A stretch of 64,000 nt of DNA, taken from Beijerinckiaceae bacterium (lineage in GTDB: Bacteria; Pseudomonadota; Alphaproteobacteria; Rhizobiales; Beijerinckiaceae). Below are positions 49,801-59,243 of the stretch, in pieces (the first letter of the stretch is position 1; each line of letters opens with the position of its first letter). The DNA is taken from NCBI GenBank assembly GCA_004298435.1, contig SCSF01000072.1, forward strand, positions 3,271-67,270, given 5' to 3'. Position numbers and translations under genes: made by a program. The notes below the pieces were generated by a model that was given only the letters and a program-made list of their open reading frames with translations, was not told the DNA's origin and made no database searches.

Positions 49801-50415
49801 TATCAGAATGCTGCCTATGCTCAGAAATATCGCGCGCGTATCGACAGGATCGAAGCGCTGGAGCGCGCAAAGATGCCTGGCCAGACGGCGCTTGCGGAAG
49901 CCGCCGCGCGCAATCTCTTCAAGCTGATGGCTGCGAAGGACGAATTCGAAGTGGCGCGGCTCTACAGCGATGGCAGCTTCGCTGCCGAAATCGCTGCGAA
50001 TTTCGACGGTACGAAGCGGATGCAATTTCATCTTGCGCCGCCGATACTCGGCCGCACCAATGCGCGCGGCGAGCCGAAGAAGATGACCTTTGGCCCGTGG
50101 ATGATGCTGGTCTTCAAGGGGCTGGCGGCTGCCAAGGTGCTGCGTGGCACCGTTTTCGACGTGTTCGGGCGCATGCCTGAGCGGCGGCTCGAACGTCAGC
50201 TTCGTGCCGACTATGAGGCGTTGCTCGATGAAATTGCGTCAGGGCTTACGCCAGACAATCATAAGCTTGCGGTGGCGCTCGCCTCGATACCCGACAAGAT
50301 CCGCGGCTTCGGCCATGTGAAGGAGCGGCATATCGCAACCGCCAAGGCTGAGGAAAAGACGTTGCTGGAGCAGTTTCGCGCAACGCCGGAGAATGTTCGC
50401 CTCGCGGCGGAGTAA
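46882..50415 (+). CDS. Fused indolepyruvate:ferredoxin oxidoreductase-family protein
   Basis: GYRGSPLG, FCSGCPHN, GDGTYNHSG (TPP), CEGCGDC ferredoxin motif, GVGGTGV gamma domain. Confidence 0.93.
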   Translation: MAALIKARDGTFDAPRSVSSNSSVSVSLDDKYDLDQSRVFISGPQAIVRLLLTQKELDQRAGLHTAGFVSGYRGSPLGGIDLTIARAGERLSGADINFQPGLNEDLAATAIWGAQQAEMRGEGRYDGVFGLWYGKGPGVDRSGDVLRHVNLAGTSRFGGVLALVGDDHTAESSTTAHQSEFALVDVMMPILSPSGVRELIDYGLYGYAMSRFTGTWVGIKVVKETIESMGSIEAGLDRVRPLLPTDFAMPLGGLNIRPNDPVLEQEMRLQTQKRDAMLAFLRVNQLNRIITSGGRKPRLGIITTGKSYLDVRQALDELGIDEIRANDYGLRLYKIACPWPLEPQGLRAFAQGLEKIIVVEEKRSLIETQLREELYGGSEQPVCIGKKDEKGQWLFPVTGALDPNDIAIAIGRRLLDYVQNDALQQRIERLERAQKSLSETRDVATRTSYFCSGCPHNSSTKVPDGMRAYAGIGCHYMVQKMDRATEGYTQMGGEGANWIGEAPFSTREHIIQNLGDGTYNHSGILALRWAADTGVNITFKILFNDAVAMTGGQSHEGALTVDMIARQVAAERVHKIVLVTDEPDKYPAGTDWPNGLTIKHRDELDVVQRELAEIRGTTVLIYDQTCAAEKRRRRKRGLYPDPDKRVFINTRVCEGCGDCGKASNCVSVQPVETEYGRKRMIDQSSCNKDFACLDGFCPAFVTLHGAAPKRVEAETEVNDYFPPLPDPVLPSLGERPFSILVAGVGGTGVVTIGALLGMAAHIEGKGCGSVDMAGLAQKGGTVYSHVKIASKPEDIQAISISAGGADLVLGCDLVVSGTAKVLASIRSGETGVIVNTAEVYSGEFTRDADFALPSDRIVETIRKAAGDAAAFCDAMEIATVLLGSSLCTNMLLLGYAWQRGFVPLSEAALFAAIALNGEAVEMNRQAFTWGRRAAFAPERVAAILSRAKKPPEEQRLSQTLAEIVERRCADLTAYQNAAYAQKYRARIDRIEALERAKMPGQTALAEAAARNLFKLMAAKDEFEVARLYSDGSFAAEIAANFDGTKRMQFHLAPPILGRTNARGEPKKMTFGPWMMLVFKGLAAAKVLRGTVFDVFGRMPERRLERQLRADYEALLDEIASGLTPDNHKLAVALASIPDKIRGFGHVKERHIATAKAEEKTLLEQFRATPENVRLAAE

Positions 50416-50850
50416 TTGCTCCGAGTGAGAGACAGCCTGTCATGCGCGGACTTGATCCACTGCTGCCGGTTGAGGTGAGTAAAGCCAAGGCGGAGTCACA
50501 TCAGAGCCTCAGGAGATTTTGTCCCGAAGACGAATAGTTGCCGGGCTTTGAAAATCATCTCTCCAGAGCGCATTTTGACTATCCAGCGAGCCGCCGGGAT
50601 GGCGCATCGAACTCCCGGCAGGCTGCACGGACAAAGAATTTATCGAATCAAATCAGGACAGCCTTGCCACCACCGCGAGTCTTGTGGGCTGCACACAACT
50701 ATTTTTGCTCAGCCGGACAGCAGTGGATCAAGCCCGCGCATGACGGCGCGTTCCCTTATCCGGCGGCAGTTTGGAACGCGCCCTTGCATTGCAATCTCTA
50801 ATCTGTAATTAATAATGCAATCTCCAAATTGTTAACTCGAATGGCCCCGC

Positions 50851-51606
50851 TTGCCCTTGCCCTCGCCGCATACTCTCATCCGCCGGAGCCTGCACGAAAC
50901 GCTCGTCGCGCCGCTCCGCGACATGATCGTGAATGGTGAGTTGCGTCCCGGTGAAAAGGTGCCGGAAGAGGAGCTTTGCGTCCGTTTCGGCGTCTCGCGC
51001 ACGCCGATCCGCGAGGCCTTGAAAGTGCTCGCCGCGGAAGGCGCTTTGCAAATTCTGCCGCATCGCGGCGCGGTCGTCGCAGGGATTACGGAAGCGCAGA
51101 TCACGGAATTGTTTCCGATCATGGCCGGGCTTGAGCGGCTGGCTGGCACTCTCGCCTGCAAACGCGCGTCGGACCGCGACATTGCGCGCGTTCGCAAGCT
51201 TCACGATGCCATGGCGGAACGTTACCGCGCGGGCGACGAAGCCGGCTATCTCCGCCACAACAGGCTCGTTCACGAAGCGATTTTCGATCTCGCGAGTAAT
51301 GAAACTCTGTCAGCCTTCTACCAGCAGATCCTCACACGCATCAGCGCCTGCCGCTTCACGCTTCGCAAGGATGCAGGACACTGGCGGAAGGCGATGGACG
51401 AGCATGAGGCGATCATTTCAGCTCTTGAGAATCGCGATGCGGCGCGGCTCGCGGATCTGCTCGATGCGCATGTCAATGTGACGACATCCGGAATTGCCCG
51501 CGCAGCGATCGAACGCCGCGCGAAGAGCGGCGATGCTGACAAGGCCACAAAGAAACCGGCGCGCCGCGCGTCAAAGAGAAAGGTAGTCGATGAACGCTCC
51601 GTTTGA
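50851..51606 (+). CDS. GntR-family (FCD) regulator
   Basis: GVSRTPIREAL wHTH; NRLVHEAI FCD domain; TTG start uncertain. Confidence 0.9.
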   Translation: MPLPSPHTLIRRSLHETLVAPLRDMIVNGELRPGEKVPEEELCVRFGVSRTPIREALKVLAAEGALQILPHRGAVVAGITEAQITELFPIMAGLERLAGTLACKRASDRDIARVRKLHDAMAERYRAGDEAGYLRHNRLVHEAIFDLASNETLSAFYQQILTRISACRFTLRKDAGHWRKAMDEHEAIISALENRDAARLADLLDAHVNVTTSGIARAAIERRAKSGDADKATKKPARRASKRKVVDERSV

Positions 51607-52834
51607 ACCCGACGCCGATAAGGCCGCCGCCGGGAAAGCCTCTGCCCTGCCGCTCGCAGGCGTGCGCGTGCTCGATCTCACCCAGGTGATGGCCGGCCCT
51701 TTCGCCACCATGTTGCTCGGGGATCTCGGCGCCGACATCATCAAGATTGAACCACCGGGCGCGGGCGACCAGACGCGCGGCGCGATGGGCTTCAAGATGA
51801 AGGGAAGCGACAGCATGGGCTTCCTCAATCTGAACCGCAACAAGCGCAGCCTCGCGCTCAATCTGAAAAGCGCAGCGGGCCGCGAAATTCTCTACAAGCT
51901 CGTCGAAACTGCCGACATACTCATCGAGAATTACCGTCCCGGCGTGATGAAACGGCTCGGCTGCGATTACGAAACGCTGCGCAAGATCAATCCGCAACTC
52001 GTCTACGCAAGCATTTCTGGCTTCGGCCAGACAGGACCCTGGGCCGCGCGGCCCGGCTATGATCTGATGGCGCAGGCGATGGCCGGCCTGATAAGCGCGA
52101 CGGGGCACCCCGGCAGCCCTCCTGCCAAGGGCGTGCCTGTCGCAGATATCGGCTGCGGCCTTTTCACGGTCTATGCGGTGCTTGCGGCTTACATCGGCAA
52201 GCGCAACACCGGCGAGGGGCAATACATCGATGCTTCCTTGTTCGAGGCGGCGATGGCATTTTCTGTCTGGGATATCTCCGATTACTGGGGCACGGGCGTT
52301 ACACCGACGGCGCTCGGCACCGCCAACCGCATGAGCGCGCCCTATCAGGCGGTACATGCGAGCGACCGCTATTTCGTGCTCGGCGCAACCAACCCGAAGC
52401 TCTGGCGGCTCTTGTGCGAAACGCTGGAACGCAAGGACTTGCTCGCTGATCCGCGGTTTGCCGATGTTGCGTCGCGGCTCGCCAACCGCGGCGTATTGAT
52501 CGAAGAACTTGAGCGCACTTTGGTCACGTGCACAGCACAGGAATGGATCGACATTCTGCTGGCCGCGGGAATTCCAGCCGCGCCCATCAACACCTATCCG
52601 GAAGCTTTCGAAAGCGAACAGGCTAGCCACCGAAAGATGCGGCTCGAAGTCGAACATCCGGTCGAAGGCAAAGTGCCGAACATCGGCTTTCCGGTGAAAC
52701 TCGGCGGCACGCCGCAGCAAGTGCGCCTGCCGCCTCCGTTGCTCGGCGAGCATAGGGATGCGATTCTTGCGGAACTCGGCCTCGATTCAGCAGCCATGCA
52801 GGATCTTGAAGCGCAGGGAGCCTTCACGGCATGA
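51590..52834 (+). CDS. Family III CoA-transferase (CaiB/BaiF)
   Basis: VLDLTQVMAGP, IKIEPPG.GD, NRNKRS, ENYRPG, GYD. Confidence 0.93.
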   Translation: MNAPFEPDADKAAAGKASALPLAGVRVLDLTQVMAGPFATMLLGDLGADIIKIEPPGAGDQTRGAMGFKMKGSDSMGFLNLNRNKRSLALNLKSAAGREILYKLVETADILIENYRPGVMKRLGCDYETLRKINPQLVYASISGFGQTGPWAARPGYDLMAQAMAGLISATGHPGSPPAKGVPVADIGCGLFTVYAVLAAYIGKRNTGEGQYIDASLFEAAMAFSVWDISDYWGTGVTPTALGTANRMSAPYQAVHASDRYFVLGATNPKLWRLLCETLERKDLLADPRFADVASRLANRGVLIEELERTLVTCTAQEWIDILLAAGIPAAPINTYPEAFESEQASHRKMRLEVEHPVEGKVPNIGFPVKLGGTPQQVRLPPPLLGEHRDAILAELGLDSAAMQDLEAQGAFTA

Positions 52835-53616
52835 GCAGCGAGCTTACTGAAGGCAAGGTTCACTACACTGTGCAAGATGGCATTGGCGCGATCGTCTTCG
52901 ACCGCCCGCAGGCGCGCAATGCCATGACCTGGGGCATGTATGACGCGCTCGGCGCGATTTGCGACAGGATCGCCGCAGACACCACTCTCCGCGCCGTAAC
53001 CTTGCGTGGCGCGGGCGGCGCGGCCTTTATCGCCGGTACGGACATCGAGCAGTTCCGCGGCTTCTCGGGTGACGATGGCCTCGCCTACGAAGCGCGGATC
53101 GAGGCGCGGATCAGCCAGGTCGAGAAGCTTCCGGTTCCCACAATCGCAATCATCGACGGATGGGCGGTCGGTGGCGGCCTCGCGCTTGCCGCGGCCTGCG
53201 ATTTCCGGATCGCAACGCCCGGCGCAAAGTTCAGTATTCCGATCGCCAGAACGCTCGGCAATTGCCTGTCCAGCACCAATATGGCGCGCCTTATCGCAGG
53301 TTTCGGTGTCGGCCGCGCGAAGCGCATGCTGATGCTGGCCGAGGCGATCAATGCAGCCGAAGCGCTCGCCTGCGGCTTTCTTCTGGAAGTCGCCGAAGCC
53401 GATGCAATCGACGCCCGCGTGGCCGCCCGCTGCGCCAGCCTCGCAAGCCATGCGCCGAAGACAATGTATGCGGCGAAGGAATGCGCCAGACGCCTCGTCG
53501 CGAACAACTTGCCCGGAGACGAAGACCTCATCCGCGATTGCTACGGCAGCCGCGACTTTCAAATCGGCATCGAGGCTTTTCTCGCCAAGCAAAAGCCGGC
53601 CTGGACCGGTACATGA
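52831..53616 (+). CDS. Enoyl-CoA hydratase/isomerase
   Basis: FIAGTDI, AVGGG.ALAAACDFRIA. Confidence 0.92.
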   Translation: MSSELTEGKVHYTVQDGIGAIVFDRPQARNAMTWGMYDALGAICDRIAADTTLRAVTLRGAGGAAFIAGTDIEQFRGFSGDDGLAYEARIEARISQVEKLPVPTIAIIDGWAVGGGLALAAACDFRIATPGAKFSIPIARTLGNCLSSTNMARLIAGFGVGRAKRMLMLAEAINAAEALACGFLLEVAEADAIDARVAARCASLASHAPKTMYAAKECARRLVANNLPGDEDLIRDCYGSRDFQIGIEAFLAKQKPAWTGT

Positions 53617-54917
53617 CGGAAGCCGATGCGCGCCTCCCGCCGGAAAATGCGGACCGTCTGTCCCTGACGGTGCTTGGCGCGGGCGCGGTTGGTAATATTC
53701 TCGAATGGTATGACTTCGGGCTCTACGGGCTTTTCGCGCCCCTGCTCGCGGAGCTGTTTTTCCCCGCCGAGAATCATATCGCGGCGCTGATGAGCGTCTA
53801 TGCCGGCTTCGCCGTCGGCTTTGTCATGCGCCCGATCGGCGGTGCGGTGCTCGGCCATCTTGGCGACCGGATCGGCCGGCGCTTCGTCCTGATCTGCTCC
53901 ATCGTTATGATGGGCGTCACGACAACAGCGATGGGCCTGCTGCCGTCTTATCGCATGCTCGGAATTGGCGCGCCGATCGCGCTTTTGTTCTTGCGCGTTG
54001 TGCAGGGCTTCTCAGTCGGCGGCGAATTCACAAGCTCCGTCGCTTATCTCGTCGAAAGCGCACCACAGAACAAGCGCGGGTTTGCCGGAAGTTTCGCCAA
54101 CATCGGCTCTACGATCGGCCTGTTGCTTGCCTCTGGCCTCGCAGCCGCGGCGACGAGCTTCGCCGATCCCGCGTTCCTTCGGAATTGGGGATGGCGGATT
54201 CCGTTTCTGCTGGGCGGCGTGATCGCCGCTTTCGGTTTCGTGCTGCGTGCTCGTCTTGGCGAGGACACGCTCCGCAAACTGCCGTCGGAAGCGCGTTCCC
54301 GTGACTCGCTGCCGCTGAAACGCGCGATCACGGAAGCGCCGCGCGCGATGTTCTGGACGGTTCTGTTCACCTCCGGCTATGGCATCGTCAACTATCTCAC
54401 CATGGTTTTCTTGCCGACCTACGCAAGCACATTCGGCGGCATCGCAGAAAGCAAGGCGCTGCAAATCAATACCGCTGCGCAAGGGCTCGCCCTCCTCATC
54501 GTGCCTCTTGCCGGCTGGCTGTCAGACCGGGCGCTGTCCCGCCGAACCTTATTGATCCTGGTGTTTCTTGCCGAATTGGCCGTCGCGTGGATCTTCTTCT
54601 CTCTTGCGCGCACTGGCGGCGCGGCAGGGTTCTGGCTCGCGCAACTCAGCTTCGGCGCGCTTCTGGCCGTCATCATGGGAACTGCCCCCGCTATGCTGAG
54701 CGAGCAGTTCAAAAGCGCCTATCGCCTCAGCGGCTATTCGCTCTGCTTCAATATCGGCATCGGCATTGCAGGCGGCACAGCGCCGGTCGTGGCGACGGCT
54801 CTCATTGGCCGCACCGGGAATCTCTCGGCGCCCGCCATCTATCTGATGGTTGCGAGCGCCGTTGCTGCCTTTGCCGCATTCATGCTCGTGGATCGCACAC
54901 GCCTGCCCTTGCCGTGA
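53613..54917 (+). CDS. MFS metabolite:H+ symporter (ProP/MHS-like)
   Basis: GNILEWYDFGLY, MRPIGG, QGFSVGGE. Confidence 0.92.
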   Translation: MTEADARLPPENADRLSLTVLGAGAVGNILEWYDFGLYGLFAPLLAELFFPAENHIAALMSVYAGFAVGFVMRPIGGAVLGHLGDRIGRRFVLICSIVMMGVTTTAMGLLPSYRMLGIGAPIALLFLRVVQGFSVGGEFTSSVAYLVESAPQNKRGFAGSFANIGSTIGLLLASGLAAAATSFADPAFLRNWGWRIPFLLGGVIAAFGFVLRARLGEDTLRKLPSEARSRDSLPLKRAITEAPRAMFWTVLFTSGYGIVNYLTMVFLPTYASTFGGIAESKALQINTAAQGLALLIVPLAGWLSDRALSRRTLLILVFLAELAVAWIFFSLARTGGAAGFWLAQLSFGALLAVIMGTAPAMLSEQFKSAYRLSGYSLCFNIGIGIAGGTAPVVATALIGRTGNLSAPAIYLMVASAVAAFAAFMLVDRTRLPLP

Positions 54918-54971
54918 GCTTTTGGCGCGCGAGCCCGGCACAAGGCATTTCTGCCAGCATGTCTCTCCGAC

Positions 54972-56534
54972 ATGACATTAGCTTCGACGCATGCCGCCTT
55001 GCGCGCGCCACGGCGCGGATCCTTCGCCCCCGTCGCGCGAAGCCGCAGGACATTGCCGCACGACGCGTCAGCAAGCCTCGCGCTGGCCCTTTACTCCAAC
55101 GGCGATGAACGCGTTTTCCCCGATGCTGTGACAGGCCGGACGAAATACGGCACGCCGCGCGGCTGCGCCGAAGATGAAATCTGGTTTTCATCGTCCACCG
55201 CATCGGCCATCTCCCCGCGCGGCCATGCCGCCGCCGCGGAAGCCTGGCAAGCACTCGCCCACGGCCGCATGACCGCGGAAGATTGCTGCGAGTCCGTCAG
55301 GCTGCGCCTGACGCAGCTTTTCGGCATCGCCGGCACGCAAACAATTCTGACCGGCTCGGGAACCGAGGCCGTCCTCGTCTCTCTCATTCTGGCGCGCATG
55401 CTATTCAGACGTCGCATCGCAACGATCATCGTCGGCTGTGAGGAAACGGGCCGCGGCGTGAGTGCGGCGGCTGCTGGCCGGCATTTTCTGCACCATGCGG
55501 CCTTCGATGAGGTCGCGCCGGGTGGGCGTCTCGAAGGGTTGGACGACATCGACGCCCTTGTGGATACGGTCGCGATACGCGATAGCGATGGCGCGCTTCG
55601 TCCCGAAACAGAGATCGATGCCGAAGTCGCGCAAAAGGCCGAAGCCGCGCTCCGCGATGGCCGCGATCTTCTCATTCACAGTCTCGATGTTTCGAAGACG
55701 GGACAATCCGCGCCGAGCCTCGGCATCCTTGCGCAAATCCGCGATGCCGCCCCGGAGCGCATCGCGATCCTCGCCGATTGCTGCCAGTTGCGGTGTTCGC
55801 CGCCCCATATTCAGGCTTATTTGAAAAGCGGTTTTCTCGTTTCATTGACCGGCTCGAAATTCGCCGGTGGCCCACCATTCGCCGGCGCCCTCCTCGTGCC
55901 CCCCTTCATTCTCGATCGTCTGCGACCGCGTCTGCTGCCGAAAGGCCTCGCCGCCTATAGCGCACAACGCGACTGGCCATCCGCTCTGCGCGCCCTCTTG
56001 CCGCTCACAGAACTACCTGCGGCCAATATCGGCCTTGCGCTGCGTTGGCATGCTGCGCTCGCCGAGATCGAAAGCTTTTTCACCTGGCCGGCGCATTTGC
56101 GTGAGACCATCCTCATACGATTCCACGAAGAAGTCGCCCGCCGTGTCTGCGATACGCCCGATTTCGATCTGCTGCCCCCGCCACCTGCGAGCGCAACGAC
56201 CTGGGGCCATACGATTCTCGCCGTAGCGATGCGCGGCCATAACGGACATTGTCTCGGCATGGATGAGGCGGCGGCCGTTCAACGCCGCCTGCGCGAAGGG
56301 TTGGGGACCCACCGCTTTCATCTCGGTCAGCCCGTCGCCATAGGAACGATGGGCGTTTTGCGCGTCTGCGCCAGTGCTGTTCTCGCGAATGACGTCGCCG
56401 AAGCGATGAGCGACGGCGCTACTCTGACCGATGCCTTCGCCCCAACCGCCGCCGCGCTCGATGATCTGTTTCGGGCTTGGCAATCCATCCTACAGGCGGA
56501 TGGCAATAGGGTTCACGCAAGCATGAGCGTCTAA
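54972..56534 (+). CDS. Uncharacterised fold-type I PLP-dependent enzyme (class V-like)
   Basis: TGSGTEA, ADCCQ, SLTGSKFAGGPPFAGAL parallel the class V aminotransferase motifs. Confidence 0.65.
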   Translation: MTLASTHAALRAPRRGSFAPVARSRRTLPHDASASLALALYSNGDERVFPDAVTGRTKYGTPRGCAEDEIWFSSSTASAISPRGHAAAAEAWQALAHGRMTAEDCCESVRLRLTQLFGIAGTQTILTGSGTEAVLVSLILARMLFRRRIATIIVGCEETGRGVSAAAAGRHFLHHAAFDEVAPGGRLEGLDDIDALVDTVAIRDSDGALRPETEIDAEVAQKAEAALRDGRDLLIHSLDVSKTGQSAPSLGILAQIRDAAPERIAILADCCQLRCSPPHIQAYLKSGFLVSLTGSKFAGGPPFAGALLVPPFILDRLRPRLLPKGLAAYSAQRDWPSALRALLPLTELPAANIGLALRWHAALAEIESFFTWPAHLRETILIRFHEEVARRVCDTPDFDLLPPPPASATTWGHTILAVAMRGHNGHCLGMDEAAAVQRRLREGLGTHRFHLGQPVAIGTMGVLRVCASAVLANDVAEAMSDGATLTDAFAPTAAALDDLFRAWQSILQADGNRVHASMSV

Positions 56535-56603
56535 GCCTCAATGCTTGGCGTTTACGATCTTCCGCCGGCATCGGCAAACCCGCAGTTCGGAAAGGGGGAC
56601 TGA

Positions 56604-57896
56604 ATGAACCCGCGGCTCACCGGCATATTGCCGGAAACCACTCCCCATCCCGCCCCTGTCATCGGGCTTGCCGCGATTGCGCGGCTTGGTTTCTCCGGCG
56701 TGGACTTGCAGCCTCTGTGGCAAAGCCTCGCCGAACGCGCAAAGACTGATGTCGGCGCTCTGCTCGATCTGTCCATCGTTGAACTGATCTTTGGAAGGCG
56801 CGCCAATCGTCTCGCCTTTCAGGCGCATGCCCTTTCGAGCCAGAGGCTTTATCGTCTTGCGCCTGCGGTCGAATCGCAAGAGCCTCTGCGGCTTCTCGCC
56901 TTCATGGCGCCGGGCGATTTCATGGCGAATACGCCGATCGAATTTCTTCTCGAGGGAAGCGCCGTCCGGCTCGACATTCTTTATGTCTCGCCCGGCGAGC
57001 CGCTGCCGGCCTTCATTCCCGAGCATGATGTCGCTTTCGTCGCTATCGCTGAATCCGAAGAGCACCGGACGCTCTTTGAGAAAATGCGAACCATCGCCGC
57101 CAATTGGCCTGCGCCCATCGTCAATCCGCCGGGGCTCATCGAACGTCTGACGCGCGATGGCGCTTATGCGCTGCTCCATGATGTGCCGGGCCTCTTGATG
57201 CCGGCGAACAGCCGCGTCAACCGGATGCAACTGCATGCCATCGCGATGGGTGGAAAAGAGATTTCAGCGGTCCTGCCGCAGTACGAATTTCCCATCATCG
57301 CACGGCCGCTCGGTTCACATGGCGGCGAAGGGCTTCAGAAGCTCGAAGGACCGGCGGATATTGCCGCCTATCTGACGGCGCGGCAGGAGGCTGAATTCTA
57401 CGTCGCGCCCTTTATCGACTATCAGCGCAGCGATGGGCTTTACCGCAAATATCGCATCGCCCTCGTCGATGGCCGCGCCTATGGCTGCCATCTTGCGATC
57501 TCGCAGAACTGGATCGTGCATTATCTGAATGCCGATATGACGAACAATCCCGCGAACCGCGCGGAGGAGGCGCATTTCCTCACGCAGTTCGATACGGATT
57601 TCGGACAACGCCACCGCGCCGCGCTTGCCGGCATCTGCGAGCGCACGAAGCTCGATTATGCGATCATCGATTGCGCCGAAACGGCGAACGGAGAACTTCT
57701 CCTGTTCGAGATCGGCACCGCTATGATCGTCCACGCGATGGATCCGGCTGATGTCTTTCCCTACAAGAAGGACGCGATGGCGAAGGTCTTCACCGCATTC
57801 ATTGATATGCTGCAAGCAAGAGCTTCCGTCCGAAGTGGTGCGCTCCCCTCTCCCCGTTCACGGGGAGAGGGTCAGGGTGAGGGGCTGGGCGAGTAG
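56604..57896 (+). CDS. Uncharacterised ATP-grasp (RimK/GshB-like) protein
   Basis: FPIIARPLGSHGG.GL, FIDY..SDG.YRKYR, IDCAE...LLFE. Confidence 0.72.
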   Translation: MNPRLTGILPETTPHPAPVIGLAAIARLGFSGVDLQPLWQSLAERAKTDVGALLDLSIVELIFGRRANRLAFQAHALSSQRLYRLAPAVESQEPLRLLAFMAPGDFMANTPIEFLLEGSAVRLDILYVSPGEPLPAFIPEHDVAFVAIAESEEHRTLFEKMRTIAANWPAPIVNPPGLIERLTRDGAYALLHDVPGLLMPANSRVNRMQLHAIAMGGKEISAVLPQYEFPIIARPLGSHGGEGLQKLEGPADIAAYLTARQEAEFYVAPFIDYQRSDGLYRKYRIALVDGRAYGCHLAISQNWIVHYLNADMTNNPANRAEEAHFLTQFDTDFGQRHRAALAGICERTKLDYAIIDCAETANGELLLFEIGTAMIVHAMDPADVFPYKKDAMAKVFTAFIDMLQARASVRSGALPSPRSRGEGQGEGLGE

Positions 57897-58009
57897 CCGC
57901 ACCGTGAATCGGGTTTCGAGTCGCGCGCCAATAATGATGATTCGGGCAAATCCCCCGGCCCCTCACCTTACCTCTCCCCGCACACGAGGAGAGGAGCGGC
58001 GGACATCCG
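57842..58009 (+). repeat. REP-doublet-like element, copy A
   Basis: CCCTCTCCCCG-TTCA-CGGGGAGAGGG hairpin, GGGTGAGGGG...ATGATGATTCGGGCAAAT...CCCCTCACC, second hairpin, ends CATCCG. Confidence 0.9.
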
Positions 58010-58019
58010 TGCAAAATGG

Positions 58020-58862
58020 CTACCGTCCGCCCTGCTTGTCCTGAAGCTTCTGCGCGAACAGCGCGATGGTGCGCGCGTAAACATTCGCCTTGTTCCATTG
58101 CAGGATCACGGGGAAATTCGGCTCGCCCGGCTGCCATCCCTCGCCGCGCTTCCAGCCATAGCTCTTCAGGAAATTGGCGGTGGAGGCGAGAACGTCCGGC
58201 ACATCGTGGATGAGATCGGCCTTGCCGTCGCCATTGAAATCGATCGCGAATTTCAAATAAGTGGACGGCATGAACTGCGTCTGGCCGATTTCGCCGGCCC
58301 AGGCGCCGTGCATTCTGGCAGGCGAAAGATCGCCCTTGGCGACGATCTTCAGAGCGTCGAACAGTTCCGCCTTGAACATATCCGAGCGGCGGCAATCGTA
58401 AGCGAGCGTCGCGATGGCACGGATCGTCGGAAACTTCCCGGTGACGGCGCCGAAATCCGTCTCGAGCCCCCATATGGCGACAATGACCGAGCCGGGCACG
58501 CCAAAGCGCTGCTCGATGCGGCCCAGAACATCGGCATAGCGCCGCATCAGTTGCGCGCCCTTGCGCAGCCTGTAAGCATTGATCATCCGCCCGGAAAACT
58601 GCGCGAAGGATTGTTTGAAGACGCGCTGGCCGCGATCATGCGAGACGACGGAGGCATCGTAAGTGACGCCATCAAGTCCCGCCGCGATGGCGGATTGCGG
58701 AATGCCCTGCGCCGCAGCCTCCTGCTTGATCTGGCCGAGCCAGGCGTCGAAGCCGGCAGGGTCACGGCATTTCGCCTCTGCCCAGGCGCTGGCCGGGAGC
58801 ATGACGCCGACGCAAAGGACCGCCGCGACAGTGGCGAACGAACGTTGGAATTTCTTAAGCAT
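58020..58862 (-). CDS. MltB-like lytic murein transglycosylase
   Basis: IWGLETDFG, GAWAGEIGQTQFMPS, DFNGDG, SYGWKRG. Confidence 0.93.
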   Translation of the reverse strand: MLKKFQRSFATVAAVLCVGVMLPASAWAEAKCRDPAGFDAWLGQIKQEAAAQGIPQSAIAAGLDGVTYDASVVSHDRGQRVFKQSFAQFSGRMINAYRLRKGAQLMRRYADVLGRIEQRFGVPGSVIVAIWGLETDFGAVTGKFPTIRAIATLAYDCRRSDMFKAELFDALKIVAKGDLSPARMHGAWAGEIGQTQFMPSTYLKFAIDFNGDGKADLIHDVPDVLASTANFLKSYGWKRGEGWQPGEPNFPVILQWNKANVYARTIALFAQKLQDKQGGR

Positions 58863-59012
58863 GCGAAGCTTCCCCGCCTCTTGGAATCGTGTTTCACATC
58901 GCCTTTGACGAAACATCATGTCCTTACCGAGACGCCAGAGGCCCGGCGCCCGGAAAATAGATATTCCCGTATCCGATGGTGAAAATGCCTAAAAGTCCAT
59001 TATTGTTTCACA

Positions 59013-59165
59013 CGGATGCTGGCCACTCCTCTCCCCGTTCACGGGGAGAGGTAAGGTGAGGGGCCGGGGGATTTGCCCGAGTCGTCATCGTTGCCCCGCT
59101 TAAAACCCGATCCGAAAATGCAGCTACTCACCCTAACCCTCTCCCCGCAAGCGGGGAGAGGGGAG
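59013..59165 (-). repeat. REP-doublet-like element, copy B (inverted, short internal deletion)
   Basis: Reverse complement aligns to copies A/C/D but lacks GGGCCTGGCGAG. Confidence 0.88.
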
Positions 59166-59243
59166 TTTCCTTCTTCTCCCACGCGTCTAAATTGGGAGTG
59201 CGGCAGGGCCACCCTGATTCGTTCGATCCTACGGAGTACGCCG

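Noticed and set aside
50438-50458. GTCATGCGCGGACTTGATCC as a third REP family copy
   Set aside because: Only a half-palindrome with a single occurrence in the window; too weak to call
50841-50940. Out-of-frame ATG before gntR as a programmed frameshift or uORF
   Set aside because: No slippery or regulatory signal; a TTG start explains the gene adequately
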